The notes beneath the pieces were generated by a model. It was not told where the DNA came from. It was given only the letters and a program-made list of their open reading frames with translations, and ran no database searches. Below, piece by piece: positions 17,858-25,754 of a DNA stretch of 32,000 nt (the first letter of the stretch is position 1; the number at the start of each line of letters is the position of its first letter). The stretch comes from Patescibacteria group bacterium (GTDB lineage Bacteria; Patescibacteriota; Patescibacteriia; UBA2591; UBA6264). The DNA is taken from assembly GCA_028713575.1 (NCBI GenBank), contig JAQTOB010000002.1, positions 30,001 to 62,000 of the forward strand, in the 5' to 3' direction. The position numbers and the translations under genes were made by a program.

Positions 17858-19099
17858 TTATATCTTTAATTTAGAATAGAGGGGGTGACTTCGCGCCAAT
17901 TCTTTTACTTGTCGCGCGGTTTTTTTGAGAATTACCGGATTTTCCGGGTTGTAAACAACTTGACTGATTAATTGGCCGATGATTTTCATTTCTTTTTCTT
18001 TAAATCCGCGTGTGGTCAGGGCTGGCGTTCCTAACCTGATTCCCGAGGGATTAAAAGGCGTCCGCTGGTCATAAGGAATCATATTTTTATTAACATAAAT
18101 ACCAACCGCTTCTAAAGATTTCTCCGCTTGTTTGCCCGTTACTCCAGTTTTAGTTAAATCAACCAGAATTAAATGATTGTCTGTGCCGCCAGAAATAAGA
18201 GTTAAATTATTATCCTTTAACGATTGAGCTAAAGTTTTGGCGTTTTTTACAATCTGTCGGGCGTATTTTTTAAAACTCGGCAAAGAGGCTTCTTTTAATG
18301 CCACGGCAATAGCGGCGGTAGTGTGATTATGGGGTCCGCCCTGAAAACCGGGAAAAACGGTTTTATCAATCATTTCCGCGTATTCTTTTTTACACATAAT
18401 CATGGCACCCCGCGGTCCGCGCAAAGTTTTATGAGTAGTGGTAGTAACGATGTCAATAAAAGGAAAAGGATTAGGATGAACGCCGCCGATAATCAGGCCG
18501 GCCAGATGGGCAATGTCCGCCATGCTAACAGCCTTGACTTTTTTGGCAATCTCGGCGAATTTTTTGAATTTAATTATCCGCGGATAAGCCGTAGCCCCGC
18601 AAATAATAATTTTCGGACGATATTTTTTCGCCAGTTTTTCCACTTCTTTATAGTCTATCAGATGATTTTTTGGATTGACGCCGTACTGAACAAAATTAAA
18701 GATGCGACCGGAAAGATTAACTTTATGCCCGTGAGTCAGATGGCCGCCATGCGCCAAGTTCATGCCCATAATGGTGTCGCCGGGCTGTAACAAGGAAAAA
18801 TAAATTTCTAAATTAGCCGGAGAACCAGAATATGGTTGGACATTGACGTGTTCGGCATAAAACAGCTTTTTAGCCCTTTCTATCGCCAATGTTTCTATTT
18901 CATCAATGAACTGATTACCCCCGTAATATCTTTTCCCGACATAGCCCTCTGAATACTTATTGGTGAGAGGGGACCCTAGGGCTTCTAAAACTGCTTCAGA
19001 AACGAAATTTTCAGAGGGAATCAATTCCAAGCCCTGTCTTTGGCGGTTTATTTCTTTTGCCAATGATTTCGCGATTTGGGGGTCTGTTTTTTTTAACAT
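17858..19099 (-). CDS. glyA: Serine hydroxymethyltransferase
   Basis: LIPSENFVS, PLP-lysine motif TTTTHKTLRGPRG. The ATG at 19099 (MLKKTDPQ...) is preferred over the TTG at 19117. Confidence 0.9.
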   Translation of the reverse strand: MLKKTDPQIAKSLAKEINRQRQGLELIPSENFVSEAVLEALGSPLTNKYSEGYVGKRYYGGNQFIDEIETLAIERAKKLFYAEHVNVQPYSGSPANLEIYFSLLQPGDTIMGMNLAHGGHLTHGHKVNLSGRIFNFVQYGVNPKNHLIDYKEVEKLAKKYRPKIIICGATAYPRIIKFKKFAEIAKKVKAVSMADIAHLAGLIIGGVHPNPFPFIDIVTTTTHKTLRGPRGAMIMCKKEYAEMIDKTVFPGFQGGPHNHTTAAIAVALKEASLPSFKKYARQIVKNAKTLAQSLKDNNLTLISGGTDNHLILVDLTKTGVTGKQAEKSLEAVGIYVNKNMIPYDQRTPFNPSGIRLGTPALTTRGFKEKEMKIIGQLISQVVYNPENPVILKKTARQVKELARSHPLYSKLKI

Positions 19100-19126
19100 G
19101 GTTAAATTATATCTCAAACAGTTATT

Positions 19127-19146
19127 TTGTCAATTAATATTGACAA
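19127..19146. promoter_or_regulatory. 20-bp perfect palindrome carrying back-to-back TTGACA -35 hexamers
   Basis: TTGTCAAT-TAAT-ATTGACAA. On the minus strand: TTGACA, 16 nt, TATAAT (19106-19111) just upstream of the glyA ATG. Confidence 0.35.
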
Positions 19147-19197
19147 AGTTTGAATTTTATGGCATATTTATTATATATTTTAAGAAAAGGAGGAAAA

Positions 19198-19389
19198 ATG
19201 GGCACAAGAAAAAAAAATGAGGATGGCCTCTTGGTAGAGGCGTCCTCGCAAAAGCCCTATTCAAAGGGCTTTGACGATCGCATCAATGAAAGATGCGACT
19301 CAACGCCTCCTGAAGGCGTTGATTATTGGTGGTGGAAAATCCACTACCAACATGGGCAAGAGGATGCCCAGAAAATTTTGGACGAGTAA
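19198..19389 (+). CDS. Small hypothetical protein (63 aa)
   Basis: AAGGAGG 5 nt upstream of the ATG at 19198; strong terminator immediately downstream. Confidence 0.5.
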   Translation: MGTRKKNEDGLLVEASSQKPYSKGFDDRINERCDSTPPEGVDYWWWKIHYQHGQEDAQKILDE

Positions 19390-19401
19390 CTCATCTCGTC
19401 C

Positions 19402-19439
19402 AAAAAAAAGCTTCTGACCTCAGAAGCTTTTTTTATTTT
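19402..19439 (+). terminator. Rho-independent terminator
   Basis: AAGCTTCTGA-CC-TCAGAAGCTT stem followed by a T-run. Confidence 0.7.
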
Positions 19440-19473
19440 CTTTTTTTTGCTATACTATAATTTATACCAAGAA

Positions 19474-19545
19474 GCCGCTATCGTCTAGTGGTTAGGACAC
19501 ATGGTTCTCAGCCATGAAACCAGGGTTCGACTCCCTGTAGCGGTA
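19474..19545 (+). tRNA. tRNA-Glu(CTC)
   Basis: Hand-folded: acceptor GCCGCTA/TAGCGGT (G.U first pair), D-arm GTCT-AGTGGTTA-GGAC, anticodon stem CATGG/CCATG with loop TTCTCAG, T-arm CAGGG-TTCGACT-CCCTG. Confidence 0.9.
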
Positions 19546-19604
19546 TTTATTGCCTTAATTTATATTTAATTTATAATATAAGTATTATTCATAAACATAA
19601 ACAT

Positions 19605-20102
19605 ATGCCTCATGAAATAAAAGAACATCCGATTTCTTCAGAGATTCCTCAACCAGAGTCTTCTTTAGAAACCCCGTCTTCTTTAGAAAAAAAAGAACAA
19701 GAATCAAAATTTATTGAACCGGCGAAAACGGATGAGATTTTAAAAAAAATAAAAAAAGCTTTACCGGGGATTAAAACCAAACTAACCACTACTATTGTCA
19801 AAGAAAAAAGCCAAACAGTGAAAGAAATAGAAAATATTTTATCCGAAGACATGAATGAGATTTATCAGAATTTGTCGCCAGACATTAAGCAGGAATTTAA
19901 AAGAAGGGGCGAAGAGACGGCGTTTAAAATAGAACAATTGATTTGTCAGGTTAAAATCGCGGTTTATAAAATAGTGGATTTAATTAAACAATGGCTATTA
20001 ATTGTGCCGGGGGTGAATAAATTCTTTTTAGAACAAGAAACAAAAATAAAAACAGATAAAATTTTAGCTTTATCGGAAAAGGAAAAAAAGAATAAAGTTT
20101 AA
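19605..20102 (+). CDS. Hypothetical protein (165 aa), Lys/Glu-rich
   Basis: ORF ends 10 nt upstream of the TraD-like ATPase gene; no motif recognised. Confidence 0.5.
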   Translation: MPHEIKEHPISSEIPQPESSLETPSSLEKKEQESKFIEPAKTDEILKKIKKALPGIKTKLTTTIVKEKSQTVKEIENILSEDMNEIYQNLSPDIKQEFKRRGEETAFKIEQLICQVKIAVYKIVDLIKQWLLIVPGVNKFFLEQETKIKTDKILALSEKEKKNKV

Positions 20103-20112
20103 TTAATATAAT

Positions 20113-22662
20113 ATGGGGTTAGATATTTATTCAAATATTTTGTATTGGCGCGAGCGAGGATTTTTTAATCTTAAATTTTGGCTCCCTTTTTTTGTTTTAA
20201 TATTATTTTTAATTTTATTCTTCTTTTTAAAAAAATATTTAAGAAGGTCGGCTCAATATAAGTTTTCTTTTCAGCGCGCCATTCTTTTAGTCACGGTGCC
20301 TAAGATAAAAATGGATAAAGAAGAAAAAGAGAAAACCCCCAAAGAAATGTTGCAACCAATAGAAAATTTTTTTGATAACATTGGCGGATTAAAAGCACAA
20401 AAAGGATTTAAAACTTGGTTTTTAGGCCGTTCAGACCATTTTTCTTTTGAAATACTTTCAGACAAGCAGGGTATTATTTCTTTTTATGTGGTCGTGCCGC
20501 GAAATTTGCAAACGTTTTTTGAACAACAAGTTCACGCGCAATATCCAGCGGCGCAAATAGAAGAAGTAGATGACTATAATGTTTTTTTACCCCACGGAGA
20601 AGTTGTTTGCGCCAGTCTTACCTTAAGAACTTATTCCATGTTCCCAATTAAAACCTATAATAAGACAGAAACTGATCCTTTAAATGCCATTACTAATTCT
20701 TTGAGCCGAATTGCGGAGGAAGATTCAGCCGCGATTCAAATTATGGTTCGTTCGGCTCAGTCAGGTTGGCGTCAACCCGGCATCAAAGTTGCCCTAGAAA
20801 TGCAACAAGGCAAAAAATTATCAGAGGCGCTAAAAAATATGAGCGGAGGTTTATCAAAATTTTTTAGTTTTTTAACCGATTTTATTTTTCCCAAATCGCA
20901 AAAAAAACAAGATAAAGAATTAGATAAGCCGCATCAACTTTCACCCATGGAACAAGAAGTCGTTAAGACCATTGAAGAAAAGGCGAGCAAGGCCGGAATG
21001 GATGTAAATATTAGAATTGTGGTTTCTGCCCGCGATAAAGGATTGGCTGAAAGCTATTTAGATAACATTGTTAATGCTTTTGCCCAATATACGGGTTATG
21101 AATACGGCAATGGATTTAAAAAAGCAAAAATGAATAAAAACGAGATTATTAGGAATTTTATCTACCGGAATTTTAATGAGAATATAAGTTTTGTTTTAAA
21201 CACAGAAGAAATGGCCAGTATTTATCATTTTCCATTGCCGACAACAGAAACGCCAAATATTCGTTGGTTAATGGCGAAAAAAGCGCCGGCGCCGATTAAC
21301 ATTCCGCACGAAGGCTTGTTTTTAGGTTACAATATCTATCGCGGTCAAAAGACAGCCATTAAAATTAAAAGAGAGGACCGTCGTCGACATATGTATGTTA
21401 TTGGTATGACCGGTACAGGCAAATCTTGGTTTGCCGAAGGCTTGGCTATGCAAGATATTGCCAATGGCGAGGGTATCTGCTTTATTGACCCGCATGGAGA
21501 CGCTATTGGTCATATTTTAGAAAGAATTCCCAAGAATAGAGCCGAAGACGTAATTCTTTTTGACCCGGGCGACTTAACTCGGCCATTAGGATTGAATATG
21601 TTAGAATATGATTTTTCAGAACAAAAAACTTTTGTCATTAATGAAATCATGAATATTTTTGACAAGCTTTACGATTTGCGCGCAACCGGTGGTCCGATTT
21701 TTGAACAATATTTTAAAAACGCTTGTCATTTGGTTATGGATGATATAGCTTCAGGTTCTACTTTATTGGAAATTCCTAAAGTTTTAGCTGATGATGAATT
21801 TAGAAGATATAAGCTTTCCAAATGCAAAACCTTAATGGTTAAAGAATTTTGGGAAAAACAAGCTTTAAAGGCGGGGGGTGAAGCTTCTTTACAAAATATG
21901 GTTCCTTATATTACTAGTAAATTGACACCGTTTTTGACTAATGAATTTATGCAACCTATTATTTCCCAGCAAAAAAGCAGTTTGAATTTTAGAGAGGCCA
22001 TGGATAATAAAAAAATAATTTTAGCTAAATTATCTAAAGGTAAAATTGGTGATACCAATGCCTATTTGTTGGGAATGATTATTGTTGGCAAGATTTTAAT
22101 GTCTGCTTTGAGTCGTGGAGATATGCCGGAAGAAAAAAGAAATGATTTTTATTTATACATTGATGAATTTCAAAACTTTTTAACCGAAAGTATGCAGGTC
22201 ATTTTATCCGAAGCGAGAAAATACCGTTTATGTTTGAATATTATTCACCAGTACATCGGCCAGTTGGTTAAAAATAGTGATACTAAATTTAAGGACTCCA
22301 TTTTTGGCAACGTGGGGACAAAAATAGCCTTTCGTATCGGCGTGGACGATGCTGAAGATTTGACTAAAGAATTTGCCCCGGTTTTTAATGAATACGACTT
22401 TTTAAATATGCCTCAATATAGCGCTTTTGTAAAACTTTTGATTGACAATGCCAATCCGCCGGGTTTTAATATTTCTACGGTTCCTTTTGACCAAATCCCC
22501 GGAGTGCCACCGGCTAATCCGGAAATCGCAAAAATTATTAAGGAATTATCTCAATTAAAATACGGCAAAACTTTACCCATGATTGAACGGGAAATAAGTC
22601 AAAGAAGTCAAATTATTAATCAATTAAAGCAAACAACAGATGGTAATTTATCGCAAATATAG
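20113..22662 (+). CDS. Membrane-anchored P-loop ATPase, type IV secretion coupling-protein-like (TraD/VirD4/TrwB superfamily)
   Basis: N-terminal TM helix, Walker A GMTGTGKS, DPHGD, Walker B-like LYIDEFQNF, RKYRLCLNIIHQYIGQL block as in TraG/TraD C-terminal ATPase domains. Confidence 0.7.
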   Translation: MGLDIYSNILYWRERGFFNLKFWLPFFVLILFLILFFFLKKYLRRSAQYKFSFQRAILLVTVPKIKMDKEEKEKTPKEMLQPIENFFDNIGGLKAQKGFKTWFLGRSDHFSFEILSDKQGIISFYVVVPRNLQTFFEQQVHAQYPAAQIEEVDDYNVFLPHGEVVCASLTLRTYSMFPIKTYNKTETDPLNAITNSLSRIAEEDSAAIQIMVRSAQSGWRQPGIKVALEMQQGKKLSEALKNMSGGLSKFFSFLTDFIFPKSQKKQDKELDKPHQLSPMEQEVVKTIEEKASKAGMDVNIRIVVSARDKGLAESYLDNIVNAFAQYTGYEYGNGFKKAKMNKNEIIRNFIYRNFNENISFVLNTEEMASIYHFPLPTTETPNIRWLMAKKAPAPINIPHEGLFLGYNIYRGQKTAIKIKREDRRRHMYVIGMTGTGKSWFAEGLAMQDIANGEGICFIDPHGDAIGHILERIPKNRAEDVILFDPGDLTRPLGLNMLEYDFSEQKTFVINEIMNIFDKLYDLRATGGPIFEQYFKNACHLVMDDIASGSTLLEIPKVLADDEFRRYKLSKCKTLMVKEFWEKQALKAGGEASLQNMVPYITSKLTPFLTNEFMQPIISQQKSSLNFREAMDNKKIILAKLSKGKIGDTNAYLLGMIIVGKILMSALSRGDMPEEKRNDFYLYIDEFQNFLTESMQVILSEARKYRLCLNIIHQYIGQLVKNSDTKFKDSIFGNVGTKIAFRIGVDDAEDLTKEFAPVFNEYDFLNMPQYSAFVKLLIDNANPPGFNISTVPFDQIPGVPPANPEIAKIIKELSQLKYGKTLPMIEREISQRSQIINQLKQTTDGNLSQI

Positions 22663-23737
22663 GCCAAAAACTTTTAAGGAAGTAATTGGTCAAGAAAACA
22701 TTGTGCAAATTTTAGAAAACGAAATTAAAAGTGATAAAGTTGCTCATGCTTATCTTTTTACCGGACCTCGCGGTTTAGGTAAAACCACTTTATCAAGATT
22801 AATGGCCAAAGCAGTTAATTGTTTAAATAGAAAAAACGGAGAATCAGAACCATGTAATAAATGCGACCATTGTCAAAGCATCAACAATAATCGTTTTATA
22901 GATTTGATTGAACTTGATGCCGCTTCACAAACGGGGGTGGATAATGTGCGAGAAAACATTATTGCTTATTCAAGAATTCCTCCGGCTCAAGGCAAATACA
23001 AAGTTTTTGTCATTGATGAATGCCACATGCTTTCTTTGTCCGCCTTTAATGCCTTGTTAAAAATATTAGAAGAGCCGCCTAAATATGTTATTTTTATTCT
23101 TGCTACTACAGAAATTCATAAATTGCCAGAAACCATTATTTCTCGATGCCAGAGATTTGATTTTAACAAAGTGAGCATGGAAAAAATTGTGCAAAGAATG
23201 GAAACAATTATGAAGCAAGAGAAAATAAAAGTGGATAAAAAAGTTCTTCAAAATATCGCTAGTCGTTCTGAAGGTTGTGTCAGGGATGCGGAAAGTCTTT
23301 TAGGTCAATTAATGTTTTTAAATGATAAAAATATTACCGAAAAAGAGGCCAGTCTGATTTTGCCTTTGGCTCAGACCGATGCTATTGTCAAATTTTTGCA
23401 ATTTATTTTTAAAAAAGACAAAACCGAAGCGGTTAAATTAATTAATGAACTTTTAGAACAGGGGATAAACTTGGACCAATTTGTCGTTGATTTAATAGAA
23501 TTTTTAAGAAAGATTATGCTGATTAAAATCAAGGCGGTTAATAAAGATTATTGGCTCCAAGATGAAAATTTTCAAAAAAAAGCAGACGAAATGGCGGGAA
23601 AAACAGAATTAAAAACCTTAATTTCTGCCCTTGATGTCTTTATCAAAACCAAAATTCAACTGGGTTACAGCGAAATTCCGCAGTTGCCTCTGGAACTGGC
23701 TGTTTTAAAAATTTGCGAAGAAGCACAGCCTAAATAA
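22640..23737 (+). CDS. dnaX: DNA polymerase III subunit gamma/tau (short, gamma-length)
   Basis: YRKYRPKTF, GPRGLGKTT, Zn module CNKCDHCQS, DECHML, SRCQRF. 23-nt overlap with the upstream ATPase gene. Confidence 0.85.
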   Translation: MVIYRKYRPKTFKEVIGQENIVQILENEIKSDKVAHAYLFTGPRGLGKTTLSRLMAKAVNCLNRKNGESEPCNKCDHCQSINNNRFIDLIELDAASQTGVDNVRENIIAYSRIPPAQGKYKVFVIDECHMLSLSAFNALLKILEEPPKYVIFILATTEIHKLPETIISRCQRFDFNKVSMEKIVQRMETIMKQEKIKVDKKVLQNIASRSEGCVRDAESLLGQLMFLNDKNITEKEASLILPLAQTDAIVKFLQFIFKKDKTEAVKLINELLEQGINLDQFVVDLIEFLRKIMLIKIKAVNKDYWLQDENFQKKADEMAGKTELKTLISALDVFIKTKIQLGYSEIPQLPLELAVLKICEEAQPK

Positions 23738-23880
23738 TAAATAAAAACAAGCCATGGCCCACAACGGGCGACGCCTGTTTTTAGTAGATACTATGAATAA
23801 TAGTATCTGAATATAGAATAACAATTTGACACAAAAGGTCAAGCGCTAATCTGTGGGGAACTAAAACTAGTTAACTTTCC

Positions 23881-25062
23881 ATGAAAACAAACGTTGACGA
23901 AAAACAAATTAAAGGATTATTAACTCGAGGAGTTAATGAAGTAATTGATTTTAGTCATTTAAGAAAACGTTTGTTATCGGGAGAAAAATTAAGAATCAAA
24001 TTAGGCATTGACCCTACCAGCCCTCATATTCATTTAGGAAGGGCGGTTTCTCTTCTTAAATTAAGAGATTTTCAAAATCTTGGGCACAAGGTGGTATTTA
24101 TTATTGGCGATTTTACTGGTGTTGTTGGCGACACTTCTGACAAAGAAAGCGAACGCCCCATGCTTTTTAAAAAACAGGTGGAAGAGAATATGAAAACGTA
24201 TATCAGGCAAGCTGGGAAAATTTTAGACATGGAAAAAACCGAAATTTGTCATAATTCTACGTGGCTAAAAAAACTTGGCTATGAAGAAATAGGAAAACAG
24301 GCGAATCAGTTTTCTTTAGCTGAGTTCATCAATCGGGAAAACATTAAAAAGCGACTAAACTTGGGGACCAGGGTTTCTTTAAGAGAACTTCTTTATCCTT
24401 TAATGCAGGGATATGACAGCGTTGAAGTGAAAGCTGACGTGGAGCTCGGGGGAACAGACCAGAGATTTAATTTGCTGGCAGGTCGGACCTTGCAGGAATA
24501 TTATGGTCAAAAACCTCAGGACGTAATGATGACTAATCTTATTTTAGGTACGGACGGCAGAAAAATGAGTTCCAGTTGGGGTAATACTATCAATATTGTG
24601 GACAAACCAAGTGAAATGTTCGGTAAAATAATGAGTTTAACCGATGATTTAATCATAACCTATTTTGAACACTGCACCCGGGTTGATATGGATAAGGTGA
24701 AAAAATATAGCGAAGAATTGAAGGCCGGTAAAAATCCCAAAGATGTCAAAATGGATTTAGCTTATGAGATTACCAAGATATACTGGGGAGAAAAAAAATC
24801 AGAAGAAGCCAAAGATTATTTCATCACTGTTTTTCAAAAAAAGGGAATTCCGCAAGAAATATCGAAAATGAAATTGGCGAACAAAAATATTCTTGAGATT
24901 TTGGTTTTAAGTAAATTGGCAAAAAGTAAAAGCGATGCCAGAAGGCTAATAGGTCAAAAAGGCGTAACAGTTGATGGAAAAACAATAGAATCAACAGAAG
25001 AAACAGTTAAAAAGGGTAGCATTATCCAAAAAGGAAAAAGATATTTTGTAAAAATCATTTAG
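23881..25062 (+). CDS. tyrS: Tyrosine--tRNA ligase
   Basis: GIDPTSPHIHLGR (HIGH), KMSSS (KMSKS), C-terminal S4-like domain. Confidence 0.9.
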   Translation: MKTNVDEKQIKGLLTRGVNEVIDFSHLRKRLLSGEKLRIKLGIDPTSPHIHLGRAVSLLKLRDFQNLGHKVVFIIGDFTGVVGDTSDKESERPMLFKKQVEENMKTYIRQAGKILDMEKTEICHNSTWLKKLGYEEIGKQANQFSLAEFINRENIKKRLNLGTRVSLRELLYPLMQGYDSVEVKADVELGGTDQRFNLLAGRTLQEYYGQKPQDVMMTNLILGTDGRKMSSSWGNTINIVDKPSEMFGKIMSLTDDLIITYFEHCTRVDMDKVKKYSEELKAGKNPKDVKMDLAYEITKIYWGEKKSEEAKDYFITVFQKKGIPQEISKMKLANKNILEILVLSKLAKSKSDARRLIGQKGVTVDGKTIESTEETVKKGSIIQKGKRYFVKII

Positions 25063-25095
25063 ATGCCGGGTCGTCTAACTTGCCCCGCCAATTTT

Positions 25096-25431
25096 ATGTC
25101 ATATCTTTATATTTTAAAAAATAGATTAGGCAGGCATTATATCGGGATTACTAAATTAGAACCAAGAGAAAGATTAAAACGACATAATCAAGGAGACGTT
25201 TATTCAACAAAATCCGGGAGGTCCTGGAAAATAATTTGTCTAGAAAAATTTGAAACTCTTAAAGAAGCAAGAGAAATGGAAAAAATGATAAAGAGATGGA
25301 AAGGCGGAAATGCATTTAAAAAGTTTCTCTGCAAAACTGCCGGGTCGTCTAATGGCAGGACAACGGATTCTGGCTCCGTTTATCTTGGTTCGAATCCAAG
25401 CCCGGCAGTTTTGCAGAAAAACAAGATATAA
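25096..25431 (+). CDS. GIY-YIG nuclease-family protein (small UPF0213/YhbQ-like type); 3' end uncertain
   Basis: MSYLYILKN..GRHYIGIT..RLKRHNQG...EAREMEKMIKRWK. No in-frame stop before the tRNA, so the last ~30 codons are translated tRNA sequence. Confidence 0.7.
   Translation: MSYLYILKNRLGRHYIGITKLEPRERLKRHNQGDVYSTKSGRSWKIICLEKFETLKEAREMEKMIKRWKGGNAFKKFLCKTAGSSNGRTTDSGSVYLGSNPSPAVLQKNKI
25338..25408 (+). tRNA. tRNA-Gln(CTG)
   Basis: Hand-folded: acceptor TGCCGGG/CCCGGCA (U1-A72), D-arm GTCT-AATGGCA-GGAC, anticodon stem ACGGA/TCCGT with loop TTCTGGC, T-arm CTTGG-TTCGAAT-CCAAG, discriminator G. Confidence 0.9.
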
Positions 25432-25754
25432 ATTTGGCGGGGTGAACAGGACAACGGATTCTGGCTTCGTTTATCTTGGTTCGACTTGTCCCGTTAAAGG
25501 CGGGAATCCAATCTTGGCAGCCATCCTTCGCCAAGGCTACGAAATGGCTAAAACTATGTTGTTGTATTTGTTGCTTTGAATTTTAGGTAGTCCGGAACTT
25601 TAGTGAAGGATACCAAGCCCGGCAGTTTTTTATTGCTTCCGTTCCTCAAAACCTTCAGCCCGCTATATAAATAGCGACGAAGACACTGATGCTGAGGGAA
25701 GCGCCGACGAACGAGAGTGAAGAGGGACTGAGCTTAACAGAGCGAATGTAATTA

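Larger units (their letters stand above)
25079..25446 (+). mobile_element. 368-bp insertion in the D-loop of the outer tRNA-Gln copy, carrying a GIY-YIG ORF and an intact tRNA-Gln
   Basis: Bounded by 15-bp direct repeats of the tRNA 5' end. Termini TTGCCCCGCCAA (25080-25091) and TTGGCGGGGTGA (25434-25445) are imperfect inverted repeats (12 bp, two G.U). Confidence 0.4.
25064..25625 (+). pseudogene. Interrupted second tRNA-Gln copy, in collinear fragments
   Basis: 25064-25078 equals tRNA nt 1-15. 25447-25484 equals nt 19-56 (37/38). 25613-25625 equals nt 59-71. A degenerate extra 3' end lies at 25506-25520 (12/15). Confidence 0.5.

Noticed and set aside
23738-23880. Possible T-box or other leader upstream of tyrS, including the palindrome AGATACTAT-GAATA-ATAGTATCT (about 23778-23800)
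   Set aside because: At 143 nt it is too short for a T-box leader. There is no T-box sequence (GGGTGGTACCGCG-like) and no terminator/antiterminator pair. The palindrome alone does not support a call.
25310-25579. ORFs 25310-25579 (+) and 25349-25534 (-) in the tRNA-Gln region
   Set aside because: They are translations of tRNA and tRNA-derived repeat sequence (for example GSNPS from GGTTCGAATCCAAGC). Not protein-coding.
25436-25630. Possible tmRNA or permuted tmRNA: tRNA-like pieces, GATTCTGG/TTCGAC strings, and a short frame ending …AKTMLLYLLL* at 25547-25579
   Set aside because: The tmRNA-like strings are simply the tRNA-Gln anticodon and T arms. There is no GGGG-type 5' acceptor strand pairing with the 3' end, no pseudoknot series and no resume-codon context.
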